Assembly: GCA_964574145.1 (NCBI GenBank)
Contig: CAZNKJ010000001.1
Location: 16,852 to 80,851, forward strand
Source: an uncultured Candidatus Saccharibacteria bacterium
Lineage (GTDB): Bacteria; Patescibacteriota; Minisyncoccia; Phycocordibacterales; CAZNKJ01
Direction: 5' to 3'
Length of the DNA: 64,000 nt
The notes below the pieces were generated by a model. It had not been told where the DNA came from and ran no database searches. It saw only the letters and a list, made by a program, of their open reading frames with translations. How positions within the stretch are numbered: position 1 is the first letter of the stretch; each line of letters starts with the position of its first letter. The translations under genes and the position numbers were made by a program. Shown here piece after piece: positions 46,248-56,358 of the stretch.

Positions 46248-46272
46248 GAGTGGTAATAAACTTTTTATTTTT

Positions 46273-47493
46273 ATGAAAAAATTTATATATACGGCAACAA
46301 ACACTAATGGAGAAGCTTATACACGTACAGTTGAGGCGAAAGATAGATTTGAAATATATGATTTGGTCCGAAAGGAAAACGGGACGATTGTTTCTATTAA
46401 AAAAGCTGGAAGCTTTTTTGGAGGTGGTTTTTTTAGCAAAGCGGATGCTTTTTTGGGGACAGTAAAAGAGGCAGAAAAAATAATCTTTGCAAGGAATGTT
46501 TCTACTATGATCAAGTCTGGGTTACCGCTGTCTAGGACCCTAGATGTTATGATACGCCAGACAAAAAATAAAAAATTTAAAGAAATCTTACGAGCTATTA
46601 TTAAGGATATAAATGCAGGAGAATCCTTATATACTGCTCTTGGGAAATTTCCAAAAGTATTTTCTCCGCTTTTTGTATCTATGGTTAAGGCTGGTGAAGA
46701 AAGCGGAAAGCTCTCAGAAACTTTTTTAGTAATTGCTCACCAAATGGAAGAGGCTTATTCTCTAAAACGTAAAATACGTGGGGCACTTATATATCCATCG
46801 ATTATATTAATAGCGATGTTTATTATAGGGATACTAATGATGATGTTTGTGGTACCAACGCTTTCGTCAACTTTTGAAGAACTCGGAGCAGACCTTCCGA
46901 AGTCTACCCAAGTAATTATCTTTATAAGTGGTTTTCTTGTAAATAACACATTGATATCGTTGCTTAGTATTGTTGCTGTGTTTTTTGGTTTAATTGTGGC
47001 GTTACGCACAAAACGTGGTAAACGTATGGTAGATTTTATTATCTTGCGAGTGCCAGTTATTTCGGAGTTGGTTAAGGAGACTAACTCTGCTCGTACAGCT
47101 CGGACACTTTCCTCTCTATTATCTGCGGGAGTTGGAATTGTTTCTTCTTTTTCTATTACACAAGATGTTTTACAAAATTCTTACTATAAGGATGTTCTAA
47201 AAACCGCAAAAACTAACGTAGAAAAAGGTAGCCCCATTGCCCAAGTTTTTGTGGAAAATACTGATATATATCCAGTAATGGTGGGCGATATGATTTCAGT
47301 AGGTGAAGAGACGGGACAACTTTCGCAAGTTCTTATGGAGGTAGCAGATTTTTACGAGGAGGATGTTTCTCAGAGGACAAAAGATCTTTCCACAATTATA
47401 GAGCCTTTTCTTATGATAATAATAGGTACAGTGGTTGGTTTTTTTGCTATTTCAATGATTACTCCTATTTATTCAATTTCGGGAAGTATTTAA
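46273..47493 (+). CDS. pilC: Type IV pilus platform protein (GspF/PilC family)
   Basis: 406 aa with a duplicated T2SS_F-domain architecture and 3-4 TM segments. Confidence 0.85.
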   Translation: MKKFIYTATNTNGEAYTRTVEAKDRFEIYDLVRKENGTIVSIKKAGSFFGGGFFSKADAFLGTVKEAEKIIFARNVSTMIKSGLPLSRTLDVMIRQTKNKKFKEILRAIIKDINAGESLYTALGKFPKVFSPLFVSMVKAGEESGKLSETFLVIAHQMEEAYSLKRKIRGALIYPSIILIAMFIIGILMMMFVVPTLSSTFEELGADLPKSTQVIIFISGFLVNNTLISLLSIVAVFFGLIVALRTKRGKRMVDFIILRVPVISELVKETNSARTARTLSSLLSAGVGIVSSFSITQDVLQNSYYKDVLKTAKTNVEKGSPIAQVFVENTDIYPVMVGDMISVGEETGQLSQVLMEVADFYEEDVSQRTKDLSTIIEPFLMIIIGTVVGFFAISMITPIYSISGSI

Positions 47494-47497
47494 GAGA

Positions 47498-49249
47498 ATG
47501 ACTGGAACATATAAACACAGTCAAGGTACGTCGTTTATAGATGTGTTAATAAGCATAGCTCTTTTAGCTCTTATATTTTGGGGAATATTTGGAGTATTTC
47601 AATTGGCTTTAGAACTTGTCGGTAACTCTCGTGCTAAGGCTGGTGCTCTCGCACTCGCTAATGAGCGAATGGAATTTCTGAGGTCTCTCTCTTATGATTC
47701 AGTGGGGACTGTTGGTGGGATACCTTCTGGCAATATAGCTCAAACGGAGACAGTAGTTCTTAATAGTCTATCTTATACACGACGTACTTTTATACAGTTT
47801 GTGGATGCTCCAGAAGATGGTATAGGGGCTCTTGACTCAAATGGAATCACTGCAGATTATAAAGTTGCAAAAGTCGAGCTTAGTTGGAATACCCGTAGCG
47901 GTATACGACAATTCTCATTAATATCAACGATTGTCCCAAAAAATATTGAAACGGTGGCTGGTGGAGGAACCCTACTTTTAAACACCATTGATGCTTTTGG
48001 TCTTCCTGTAGCAAATGCTTTAGTGCGGGTACAAAATTTTGCCACCACTCCAACAATTGATGTTACTACTTTCAGCAATATAAACGGGCAGGTGATTTTT
48101 CCAGGTAGTCCTGCTGCCGGGAGCTATCAAGTTACGGTTACAAAAAATGGTTATAGTACTGCGCAAACATATGATGTAACTACAGGGAACCCCAATCCAG
48201 TTCCTCGACATTTTACTATAGTTGAGGGTGCCACCACCGCGGCAACTTTTGCTATTGATAGTTTGGTAAGCAAAACGATACGTACGTTAGAGCCTATAAA
48301 GGATGCTGAATTAGAAGATCTGTTTAATAACCAAAGTTTAATTGAGACACTCTCTCAAACAGTTGTCGTTGGAGGCGGAGTCACTCTTCTTGATTCCGGG
48401 TCAGGGTACCCTGCAAGTGGTAGTGTGATTTCAAATAGCGTGACCCCTGCGTATCTTAATCAGTGGACGCTTCTGTCTTGGAATGACACAGTACCAGTAG
48501 GAACGGCTATTTTATACCAGGTGTATTTTGAGGTGAGCCCGGGGGTGTGGCAGTCTATACCAGATAGTGATCTTCCTGGTAATACTGCAGGATTTTCGAC
48601 TTCAGGTGTTGATCTAACTTCGTTAGCAACTAGTACGTATAGTTCTGTAAAACTTTACGGTTCACTTTCAACAAATAATGCTTCCTCAACTTCTTCAATA
48701 GAAGACTGGAAACTTGATTATAAGGTTGGCCCCACCCCTATCTCTAATGTGGCGTTTTCAATGAGCGGAGCAAAGACGATTGGCACAGACGATGCAGGTA
48801 ATCCTATTTATAAATATGAACAAGTTCTTTCAACAGATAGTAATGGAATATACGCAACCTCAACTCTTGAGTGGGATGTTTATAATATTACTATCGATGG
48901 CACAACAGAAGGTTTTGATATTTCTGAATCTTGTGATCCACAACCAAGGTCGCTTTCGCCAGGCGGTAGTATAGACACAGATCTTTTTTTGTTACCACAC
49001 ACAACAAATTCGCTTCTTGTGGTAGTTCTTGATGGTATGGGGGCAATTATTCCAGGGGCGAGCGTTAACCCTGTATTAGGGTTGTTTAACCAAACAAAAT
49101 CTACCTCGTTATGTGGACAGGTGTTCTTTCCGTCACTTTCTAACGGGACATATAATGTAACAATATCCGCAAGCGGTTATCAGACTGAAATAACTACTGC
49201 AGATGTAAGTGGGACGACTCAAATGTTGATAACACTTATTACACCATAG
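47498..49249 (+). CDS. Large pilin-like protein (putative minor pilin or tip adhesin) with a non-canonical prepilin N-terminus
   Basis: The N-terminus QGTSFIDVLISIALLALIFWGIFGVFQLAL is a hydrophobic helix resembling a class-III signal. A ~550-aa beta-rich T/S/G-rich domain follows. It lies between pilC and a canonical pilin. Confidence 0.45.
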   Translation: MTGTYKHSQGTSFIDVLISIALLALIFWGIFGVFQLALELVGNSRAKAGALALANERMEFLRSLSYDSVGTVGGIPSGNIAQTETVVLNSLSYTRRTFIQFVDAPEDGIGALDSNGITADYKVAKVELSWNTRSGIRQFSLISTIVPKNIETVAGGGTLLLNTIDAFGLPVANALVRVQNFATTPTIDVTTFSNINGQVIFPGSPAAGSYQVTVTKNGYSTAQTYDVTTGNPNPVPRHFTIVEGATTAATFAIDSLVSKTIRTLEPIKDAELEDLFNNQSLIETLSQTVVVGGGVTLLDSGSGYPASGSVISNSVTPAYLNQWTLLSWNDTVPVGTAILYQVYFEVSPGVWQSIPDSDLPGNTAGFSTSGVDLTSLATSTYSSVKLYGSLSTNNASSTSSIEDWKLDYKVGPTPISNVAFSMSGAKTIGTDDAGNPIYKYEQVLSTDSNGIYATSTLEWDVYNITIDGTTEGFDISESCDPQPRSLSPGGSIDTDLFLLPHTTNSLLVVVLDGMGAIIPGASVNPVLGLFNQTKSTSLCGQVFFPSLSNGTYNVTISASGYQTEITTADVSGTTQMLITLITP

Positions 49250-49328
49250 TCATATGTATAAGAATAAAAAATCTACCAATCCGCGTTTTTTACTTTTCTT
49301 TGTAAAAGAAAGGATGTCTTCTATAAGT

Positions 49329-49931
49329 ATGGTTAAAAAAACAGCATTTGGGTTTACTTTGATAGAAACAGTCGTTACTGTTGGTATTTTTGCTTTAGTA
49401 ATGCTCACTATCACTTCTTCAGTTCTCTATTTTTATCGAGTGAACGCAAATGCGATTGAGCAGGCTTTTGCTATTAATAGTTCTCGCAGAGGGATTGAAT
49501 TTACTGTACGTGATATTCGCGAAATAACCTACGCTGACAATGGAGCATATCCAGTCATGTCTATTGGAAGCACCACACTCTCTTTTTATAGTGATATAGA
49601 TCGGGACAGCAGTGTTGAGTTAGTTCGTTATTTTTTAAATGGTGACATATTGCAAAAAGGGGTAACAAAAGCAACGGGCGATCCGGCCGTATACAACACC
49701 CTCAACGAAGTGGTGTCTGTTATTTCAACTGATGTGCGAAATGTTCCAAACGCTATTCCTATTTTTAGATATTTTGACAATACAGGAACGGAAGTCACTA
49801 ATTTTACAAAAGTGACTGATGTTGCTTTTGTAAACATTACGCTTATTATTAATATAAACCCATCACGTCTACCAGAAGATTTTACACTTCAGTCTAGTGC
49901 GACACTACGTAACCTCAAAATAAATCTATGA
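49329..49931 (+). CDS. Type IV pilin / pseudopilin with a canonical prepilin motif
   Basis: MVKKTAFG|FTLIETVVTVGIFALVML has the G-FTLIE cleavage/methylation site. The start is assigned to the internal ATG, giving an 8-aa leader. Confidence 0.75.
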   Translation: MVKKTAFGFTLIETVVTVGIFALVMLTITSSVLYFYRVNANAIEQAFAINSSRRGIEFTVRDIREITYADNGAYPVMSIGSTTLSFYSDIDRDSSVELVRYFLNGDILQKGVTKATGDPAVYNTLNEVVSVISTDVRNVPNAIPIFRYFDNTGTEVTNFTKVTDVAFVNITLIININPSRLPEDFTLQSSATLRNLKINL

Positions 49932-51358
49932 GTACATACCCTTTAGTACATAATAATGCGAGGGGGTATTTAATGTTGTTAGTTCTTGTATTTGGAGCAG
50001 TTTTTCTTGCGGTGACCTCTTCTCTCACTGGTTTTATTTTTTCACAACAGAAATTACAACTTGCAAAGGAGAATCGTGAAAATGCGCTTCAAATTTCCGA
50101 AGCAGGATTAGATTATTATAAATGGTTTCTAGCGCATTTTCCTGACGATCTCCAGAATGGTACTGGTTTACCTGGTCCTTATGTGGTTCCTTACAATGAT
50201 CCTGAGGGTGGGGAGTTGGGAAAATTTTCACTTGAGGTTTCAGGAAATAGCAAATGCAATGCTGTTTCTTCAATTGACATAACATCAACGGGTTGGACCA
50301 ACGCAGACCCATCTTTTACCCAGACTGTTTTTGGGCGTTATGCACGTCCTTCTGTCGCAGAGTATGCATACATTATAAATAGTAATGTATGGGCGGGATC
50401 AGACCGTAATATCGTAGGGCCTTATCATTCTAATGGAGGGGTACGGATGGATGGCACAAGTAATTCAACAGTAACGAGTGCAATTGATCAATGGCTATGT
50501 ACCTCGAGTTTTGGCTGTAGTCCAAATCAAAATCAGCCGGGAGTGTTTGGTAGTGGTAACAGTGAGTTGTGGACATACCCAGTTCCACAAATTGATTTTG
50601 CTGGACTTACAGTTGATTTAATAACTATGAAATCACAAGCACAGACGGGAGGTCTTTATTTTGGTCCTTCTGGTCGTGGATATAGAATTGTTTTTAAAAA
50701 TGACGGCACAATTGATGTATATAGAGTCAACAGTACAGCTTGGGTGTGGGGGTATTCATCTGAAAATGGATGGCAACGTGATTACCATCGAATAACGAGT
50801 GAAAGTTTCCAGGGAAATTTCACCCCACCCGCCAGCTGTCAGCTCGTTTTTGTAGAGGATGATTTATGGATTGAGGGGAATGTTAGTAACAAGATTACTG
50901 TAGCCTCAGCTGATGTTACTAGTCCTAATATTGACACTACTATTATATTGAATAATGACATAACTTATACAACTACTGATGGATCTGTAGGATTAACAGC
51001 AATTGCTGAAAAAGATGTTCTTATTCCACTTGTTTCTCCTGACAACATGACTCTTCGCGGCATTTTCATGGCTCAAAAAGGTCACTTTGGTCGTAATTAT
51101 TACACCACTTCAGGGTCAAGGGATGTTCCTAATTGGCTTAATAATTATGTTAAACAAAGCAGTCTTACTATGACAGGCACAATAGTCTCCAGTGGTCGTG
51201 TAGGTACTAAGTGGTCGTGTGGATGGAGTGGTTATTTTTGTTCTGGATATGCAACTCGTTATAATTTCTATGATCGAAATCTTGCGAACGAACCTCCTCC
51301 TTTAACGCCGTTTGTCTCAACAGATTTTCGTTTTATTGAGTGGAGGGAGGGAATGTAG
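49928..51358 (+). CDS. PilX-like minor pilin / pilus assembly protein
   Basis: ARGYLMLLVLVFGAVFLAVTSSL...ALQISEAGLDY resembles the PilX_N architecture. An ATGA overlap with the upstream pilin indicates coupling. Confidence 0.5.
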   Translation: MSTYPLVHNNARGYLMLLVLVFGAVFLAVTSSLTGFIFSQQKLQLAKENRENALQISEAGLDYYKWFLAHFPDDLQNGTGLPGPYVVPYNDPEGGELGKFSLEVSGNSKCNAVSSIDITSTGWTNADPSFTQTVFGRYARPSVAEYAYIINSNVWAGSDRNIVGPYHSNGGVRMDGTSNSTVTSAIDQWLCTSSFGCSPNQNQPGVFGSGNSELWTYPVPQIDFAGLTVDLITMKSQAQTGGLYFGPSGRGYRIVFKNDGTIDVYRVNSTAWVWGYSSENGWQRDYHRITSESFQGNFTPPASCQLVFVEDDLWIEGNVSNKITVASADVTSPNIDTTIILNNDITYTTTDGSVGLTAIAEKDVLIPLVSPDNMTLRGIFMAQKGHFGRNYYTTSGSRDVPNWLNNYVKQSSLTMTGTIVSSGRVGTKWSCGWSGYFCSGYATRYNFYDRNLANEPPPLTPFVSTDFRFIEWREGM

Positions 51359-51392
51359 ACGGTACTTAGAAGCTCTGTGTTACAATGCTTTT

Positions 51393-52172
51393 ATGAAAAA
51401 GAAAGGGTATGTTATTGCCAATTGGAAGATGAACCCAGATACGGTAGCAGATGCCAAGGAGCTTTTTTTTGATATAAAAAGCGTTGTTGGCAGACTAAAG
51501 AATTTAAATGTTGTGATAGCCCCACCTATTATTTTTCTCGCTGAGCTTCGTAGGCTTTACTCAGGTCGCCAACTTGAATTTGGAGCACAAAATATTTCTT
51601 TTGAAGAAAAAGGATCTTTTACTGGCGAAACGAGTGCCAAAATGGCTAGAAGTATAGGAACCACTTATGTGATAGTTGGACATTCGGAACGTCGTTTAAT
51701 GGGAGAGACAGATAAAGATGTAAATAAAAAAATTGTAGCCGCTCTTCTTCAGAAATTTACCATAGTTCTTTGTATTGGGGAAAAAGAAAGAGATTCTCAG
51801 GGGAGTTACCTTTCTTTTTTAGAAGAGGAGTTGCGGTCTGCTCTCACTGGAGTTTCTAAAAAGTCACTCAAGCATATTTTAATAGCATATGAGCCAATAT
51901 GGGCTATAGGTAAAACTGGTAAGGAGGCGATGAGTCCTCGTGATGTACATGAGACTTCTTTGTTTTTACATAAAATTCTTATGCAAATTTATGATAGAAA
52001 GTCAGCCTTTGCTGTGCCTATACTTTATGGAGGTTCGGTTGAACCGGAAAACAATGAAGAGTTGCTTCATGGCGGTGGAATCTCAGGTTTCCTTGTTGGG
52101 CATGCTAGTTTAGAAACATCTTCATTTTTATCTATTCTTAAAACATCAAATAATTTTTTCGGAAATTCCTAG
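51393..52172 (+). CDS. tpiA: Triosephosphate isomerase
   Basis: VIANWKMN...VIVGHSERR...GGSV motifs. The start is set at the in-frame ATG downstream of the overlapping ORF-track start. Confidence 0.9.
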   Translation: MKKKGYVIANWKMNPDTVADAKELFFDIKSVVGRLKNLNVVIAPPIIFLAELRRLYSGRQLEFGAQNISFEEKGSFTGETSAKMARSIGTTYVIVGHSERRLMGETDKDVNKKIVAALLQKFTIVLCIGEKERDSQGSYLSFLEEELRSALTGVSKKSLKHILIAYEPIWAIGKTGKEAMSPRDVHETSLFLHKILMQIYDRKSAFAVPILYGGSVEPENNEELLHGGGISGFLVGHASLETSSFLSILKTSNNFFGNS

Positions 52173-52173
52173 T

Positions 52174-53316
52174 ATGAAACTTCCACTTCTGCGAGAAATT
52201 AGTAACCTTAAAGGTAAGCGAGTATTAGTACGGGCTTCGCTAAATGTTCCCTTAGAGAAAGGAGCTGTTTTAAGTGATTTTCGTCTTGTGCGACTGTTTC
52301 CAACAATAGAATACCTTCGTGAGCATGGAGCACGAATTATAATCATTGGACATATAGGTCGTGATCCAAAAGAAACACTCAAGCCTGTGTGCCAGTATCT
52401 CAATAAGAAGTTTGATATTACTTTTGTAAAAGATAGTATTGGGTCGTATGCGAGTGATGTAGTAGCTAATATGCAAAATGGGGACATTGTTCTTCTTGAG
52501 AACCTAAGGCAGAAAGATGGAGAGTATACTAACGATGAAAGTTTTAGTAAGCGCCTCGCATCTCTCGCGGATATATATGTTAATGAGGCATTTGCTGTTT
52601 CACATAGGAAGCATGCGTCTATAGTAGGAGTTCCAGCATATTTGCCGAGTTACGCAGGTCTGGCTTTTGAAGATGAGGTTGAAAATTTATCTAAGGCGCT
52701 TAGTCCTAAAAAATCGTCTTTATTTATTCTAGGCGGAGCAAAATTTGCAACGAAAGAACCTCTCATTAGAAAATTTCTTAATGTATATGACTGTGTGTTT
52801 GTAGGAGGAGCTCTCGCAAATGATTTTTTTAAAGCGAAGGGTCTTTCAGTAGGGAAATCCTTGGTGGCAAAAGCTGATCATCATCTTAAAGATATTGTAG
52901 ATCATCCAAATTTGGTGTTACCGAAAGATGTTATTGTTCAAAATTTAGAAGGTCGTGTTATAAAAAAGCCAGATAGTATAGAGGAAGAAGATTCTATTTT
53001 AGATGCTGGTCCTGAAACTATAGAAGAGATTTTTTCTCTCCTAAAAAAAACCTCTTTTGTTTTATGGAATGGCCCTCTTGGAGATTATGAGAAAGGTTTT
53101 AATGAACACACAGAACAGCTTGCTGAGGGAATAGTATCTTCTGGTATTGAAAGTATTGTAGGGGGTGGGGATACTATCGCAGCTCTTTCAAAACTTGGGC
53201 TTTTAGATAGATTAAGTTTTGTGTCCTCGGCTGGAGGGGCGATGCTTTCTTTTTTACTTGAGGGTACCTTGCCGGGGATAGACGCTCTGAAGAAATCTAA
53301 ATCACCAAGTTCTTAA
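52174..53316 (+). CDS. pgk: Phosphoglycerate kinase
   Basis: KRVLVRASLNVPL at the N-terminus and the hinge GGGDT-like region (VGGGDTIAAL); 380 aa. Confidence 0.95.
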   Translation: MKLPLLREISNLKGKRVLVRASLNVPLEKGAVLSDFRLVRLFPTIEYLREHGARIIIIGHIGRDPKETLKPVCQYLNKKFDITFVKDSIGSYASDVVANMQNGDIVLLENLRQKDGEYTNDESFSKRLASLADIYVNEAFAVSHRKHASIVGVPAYLPSYAGLAFEDEVENLSKALSPKKSSLFILGGAKFATKEPLIRKFLNVYDCVFVGGALANDFFKAKGLSVGKSLVAKADHHLKDIVDHPNLVLPKDVIVQNLEGRVIKKPDSIEEEDSILDAGPETIEEIFSLLKKTSFVLWNGPLGDYEKGFNEHTEQLAEGIVSSGIESIVGGGDTIAALSKLGLLDRLSFVSSAGGAMLSFLLEGTLPGIDALKKSKSPSS

Positions 53317-53318
53317 AA

Positions 53319-53729
53319 TTACTCTATAAGCCTCCGTATTTTTTCAGCAATATCTTTTTCTTCGTTGTTTTTGTAAGAGATATGTTTTGGCTGGGAGTAA
53401 ATATTGTCCCCTTCAAATCGAGGAACTATATGTATGTGGGCATGCATCACTTCTTGTCCGGCAGCTTGTCCGTTATTCATATGAATATTTATACCGTCTG
53501 CGTTTAGAGCTTTTTTAACGGCCAGTGAAAGTTTCTTTGCGGTTTTTATCATGTCACAGAGAATGTTCTCAGGGATGTCTAAAATATTTTGATATTTTGT
53601 TTTTGGTATAACCAGTAGATGTCCTTTGTTGTGCGGGTTAATGTCAAGAATAGCAAAAGTATTTTTGTCTTCAAATATTTTTGTAGATGGTATTTTCCCA
53701 GCTAGGATATTAAGAAATAGATCTTCCAT
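53319..53729 (-). CDS. HIT-family (histidine triad) nucleotide hydrolase
   Basis: HAHIHIVPR is the histidine triad motif; 136 aa. Confidence 0.85.
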   Translation of the reverse strand: MEDLFLNILAGKIPSTKIFEDKNTFAILDINPHNKGHLLVIPKTKYQNILDIPENILCDMIKTAKKLSLAVKKALNADGINIHMNNGQAAGQEVMHAHIHIVPRFEGDNIYSQPKHISYKNNEEKDIAEKIRRLIE

Positions 53730-53772
53730 TGTTAAATGATACCAAAAACCGCAAAGAAATAAATTACTTCGA

Positions 53773-55518
53773 GTGTCTTTTGGGGTATTTGGTCATGTTA
53801 TAGTATGTTTTATGCAGCAGTATACAGAGAGACCTTTTATTGGGGATGATAAACGTAAAGGTCTAAAAATATATCCAGAACTTCTCCAAGAGCTTTTATT
53901 GGCTCGAGAAATAGAAACCGAAGAAGAGGCAGAAAAATTTCTAAATATTGACTATGAGAAGGGAATACATGATCCCTTCCTTATGAAGGACATGGATCGT
54001 GCTGTGTCTAGAGTTTTGTCAGCTATTTCAAAAAAAGAAAAAATAGTTATATATAGCGACTATGATTGTGACGGTATCCCTGGAGGGGTACTTTTACATG
54101 ATTTTTTTAATCTCATCGGGTATCAGAATTTTTCTAACTACATTCCACATCGTCACAAAGAAGGATATGGAATAAATATACAAGCAGTTGAAAAAATAAA
54201 AGAGGAAGATAAGGCAGACCTTATTATTACTGTTGACGTTGGAATTACTGATGTTGACCAAGTAGCTCGAGCTAATGAACTTGGAATGGATGTGATTATT
54301 ACGGATCATCATTTACCAGGAGATGTGTTACCACCTGCGTATGCAATCCTAAATCCAAAACAGAAAGATGATTTATATCCTGACAAAACGCTTTGTGGTA
54401 CGGGAGTGGCTTTTAAGTTAGCTCAGGGAATTTTAGCGAAGGATCGTTTTGGTGTGAAAGAGGGAAGAGAAAAATGGTTATTGGATTTAGCAGGTCTGGC
54501 AACTATAGCAGACATGGTGCCTCTGGTCGGGGAGAATCGTGCATTTGCTTATTTTGGCTTAAAGGTTTTGCGTAAATCTCCTCGATTGGGGCTTCAAAAA
54601 CTTTGTCGCAAAATACGCATTAACCAGCAGTACATAACCGAAGACGATATTGGTTTTATGATTGCTCCGCGTATTAATGCGGCAAGTCGTATGGATGAGC
54701 CAATGGAAGCTTTTCATCTTCTTGCGACTTTGGATGAAGCAGAGGCTGATGTGCGCGCAAAACACCTCAACAAAATTAATGATCAGCGCAAGGGTGTGGT
54801 GGCCTCAATGGCTAGGGAAATTAAAAAAAGAATACTTGAACGTGAGGTTCTAAACAAGGTGATTGTTGTCGGAGACCCTCGTTGGAAGCCTTCTCTTTTA
54901 GGGCTTGCTGCGAATAGTTTGGTAGAGGAGTATAAACGTCCTGTTTTTTTATGGGGACGCGAAGGGGATGATCGTATAAAAGGGTCGTGCCGTTCAGACG
55001 GTAGTGTTGATTTGGTCAAACTAATGAAAGGGGTTGGGAGATTTTTAACAGAAAGTGGCGGACATGCTTTTGCTGGAGGATTTTCTGTGCTTCACGAAAA
55101 TGTTCATTTACTTGAAAAGAAACTTTCAGAGGTTTATGTGAAAATTGGACAAAGTGAAAATTCTATAAAAAGTATTATTGTTGACCGCCGTCTTTCTCTT
55201 GAAGAAGTTAGTTGGGAGACATATAAAATAATAAATAGACTAGCCCCTTTTGGTATAGGGAATGAAAAACCAATTTTTCTTTTTGCTAATGTTGAGATAG
55301 AATCTTTGCGTAGTTTTGGTCGAGATGGGGCACATCTCGAGGTTTCTTTTTTAAAAAATAATAATAAAATTATCAAAGCGATTGGTTTTTTTACTACAGT
55401 AGACCAGTACAAGAAAGTTCCGAAAAAGGGAGACAAGATAAATCTTATTGCTAATATTGAAAGGTCTATGTTTAAGAATTATCCAGAATTACGTTTGCGG
55501 ATTATTGATATTAATTAA
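53773..55518 (+). CDS. recJ: Single-stranded-DNA-specific exonuclease RecJ (DHH/DHHA1)
   Basis: DYDCDGI, VITDHH and GGH motifs; 581 aa. Confidence 0.85.
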   Translation: MSFGVFGHVIVCFMQQYTERPFIGDDKRKGLKIYPELLQELLLAREIETEEEAEKFLNIDYEKGIHDPFLMKDMDRAVSRVLSAISKKEKIVIYSDYDCDGIPGGVLLHDFFNLIGYQNFSNYIPHRHKEGYGINIQAVEKIKEEDKADLIITVDVGITDVDQVARANELGMDVIITDHHLPGDVLPPAYAILNPKQKDDLYPDKTLCGTGVAFKLAQGILAKDRFGVKEGREKWLLDLAGLATIADMVPLVGENRAFAYFGLKVLRKSPRLGLQKLCRKIRINQQYITEDDIGFMIAPRINAASRMDEPMEAFHLLATLDEAEADVRAKHLNKINDQRKGVVASMAREIKKRILEREVLNKVIVVGDPRWKPSLLGLAANSLVEEYKRPVFLWGREGDDRIKGSCRSDGSVDLVKLMKGVGRFLTESGGHAFAGGFSVLHENVHLLEKKLSEVYVKIGQSENSIKSIIVDRRLSLEEVSWETYKIINRLAPFGIGNEKPIFLFANVEIESLRSFGRDGAHLEVSFLKNNNKIIKAIGFFTTVDQYKKVPKKGDKINLIANIERSMFKNYPELRLRIIDIN

Positions 55519-55535
55519 GAATTTTATAATTTTTT

Positions 55536-55967
55536 ATGGAAAAAATAATTGTTTATACGGATGGTGGTGCTCGTAATAACCCAGGTCCAGCAGGCGCGGG
55601 TGCATATGTGGTTGATGAGTATGGAAAAATGCTAAAGGAGGCGTCGCAATACTTGGGTGTACAAACTAATAATTGGGCAGAGTACGAGGCGGTTGCTCTT
55701 GGATTAAATACTATAAAGAAAATTTTTGGTAAAAAGACAAAAAATATTTCTGTTGAGGTTAGGTTAGACAGCCAGCTAGTTTCTGAGCAGCTTTCGGGCA
55801 GATATCAGATAAAGGAAGAAACCTTATTTCCACAATATATAAAAGTGCATAATATGCGTGTCAGAGATTTTCCAAATCTATCCTTTACTCATATTCCACG
55901 AGAGAAAAATAAAGAGGCAGATCGTCTGGCAAACGAGGCGATGGATTGTGGGCAGGTTATTCACTAG
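55536..55967 (+). CDS. rnhA: Ribonuclease HI
   Basis: IVYTDGGARNNPGPAGAGA...NNWAEYEAV...TDSQ-like motifs; 143 aa. Confidence 0.85.
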   Translation: MEKIIVYTDGGARNNPGPAGAGAYVVDEYGKMLKEASQYLGVQTNNWAEYEAVALGLNTIKKIFGKKTKNISVEVRLDSQLVSEQLSGRYQIKEETLFPQYIKVHNMRVRDFPNLSFTHIPREKNKEADRLANEAMDCGQVIH

Positions 55968-56029
55968 TGCTTTTCCAGTGATTTTGTTATAAAAGTGAGA
56001 GGAAAGAGGAAAAATGGAGGACTAAAGTA

Positions 56030-56320
56030 ATGTCTGACAACGCTGACAACAAAAACAGAAGTAAAACTCTGGATTACAGAAGGATCACGGCTCGGCTGTT
56101 TGTTGAATCAATTAATGAAAGTGGAGGCTTGGACACTTTCTGTATTAGGTGGAGTTGTTTAGATCAACCTCCCGACCTTCCCAAATTGCATTCGTTTGTA
56201 GAAGCCGTTGAGAGAAAGTCAGGTATAGAGGTTGTCGATGTGGAATTGTCTTACTTTGTTTTTAACAGAGACGTTGATTTTTTTCGAGTCTTTAATTGTG
56301 GAAATAATCTAGTTCAATAA
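56030..56320 (+). CDS. Hypothetical protein
   Basis: 96-aa ORF with no recognisable motif. Confidence 0.3.
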   Translation: MSDNADNKNRSKTLDYRRITARLFVESINESGGLDTFCIRWSCLDQPPDLPKLHSFVEAVERKSGIEVVDVELSYFVFNRDVDFFRVFNCGNNLVQ

Positions 56321-56358
56321 AATTTAAATAATAAAAAGATAGTCACAAGATTTGTCGT

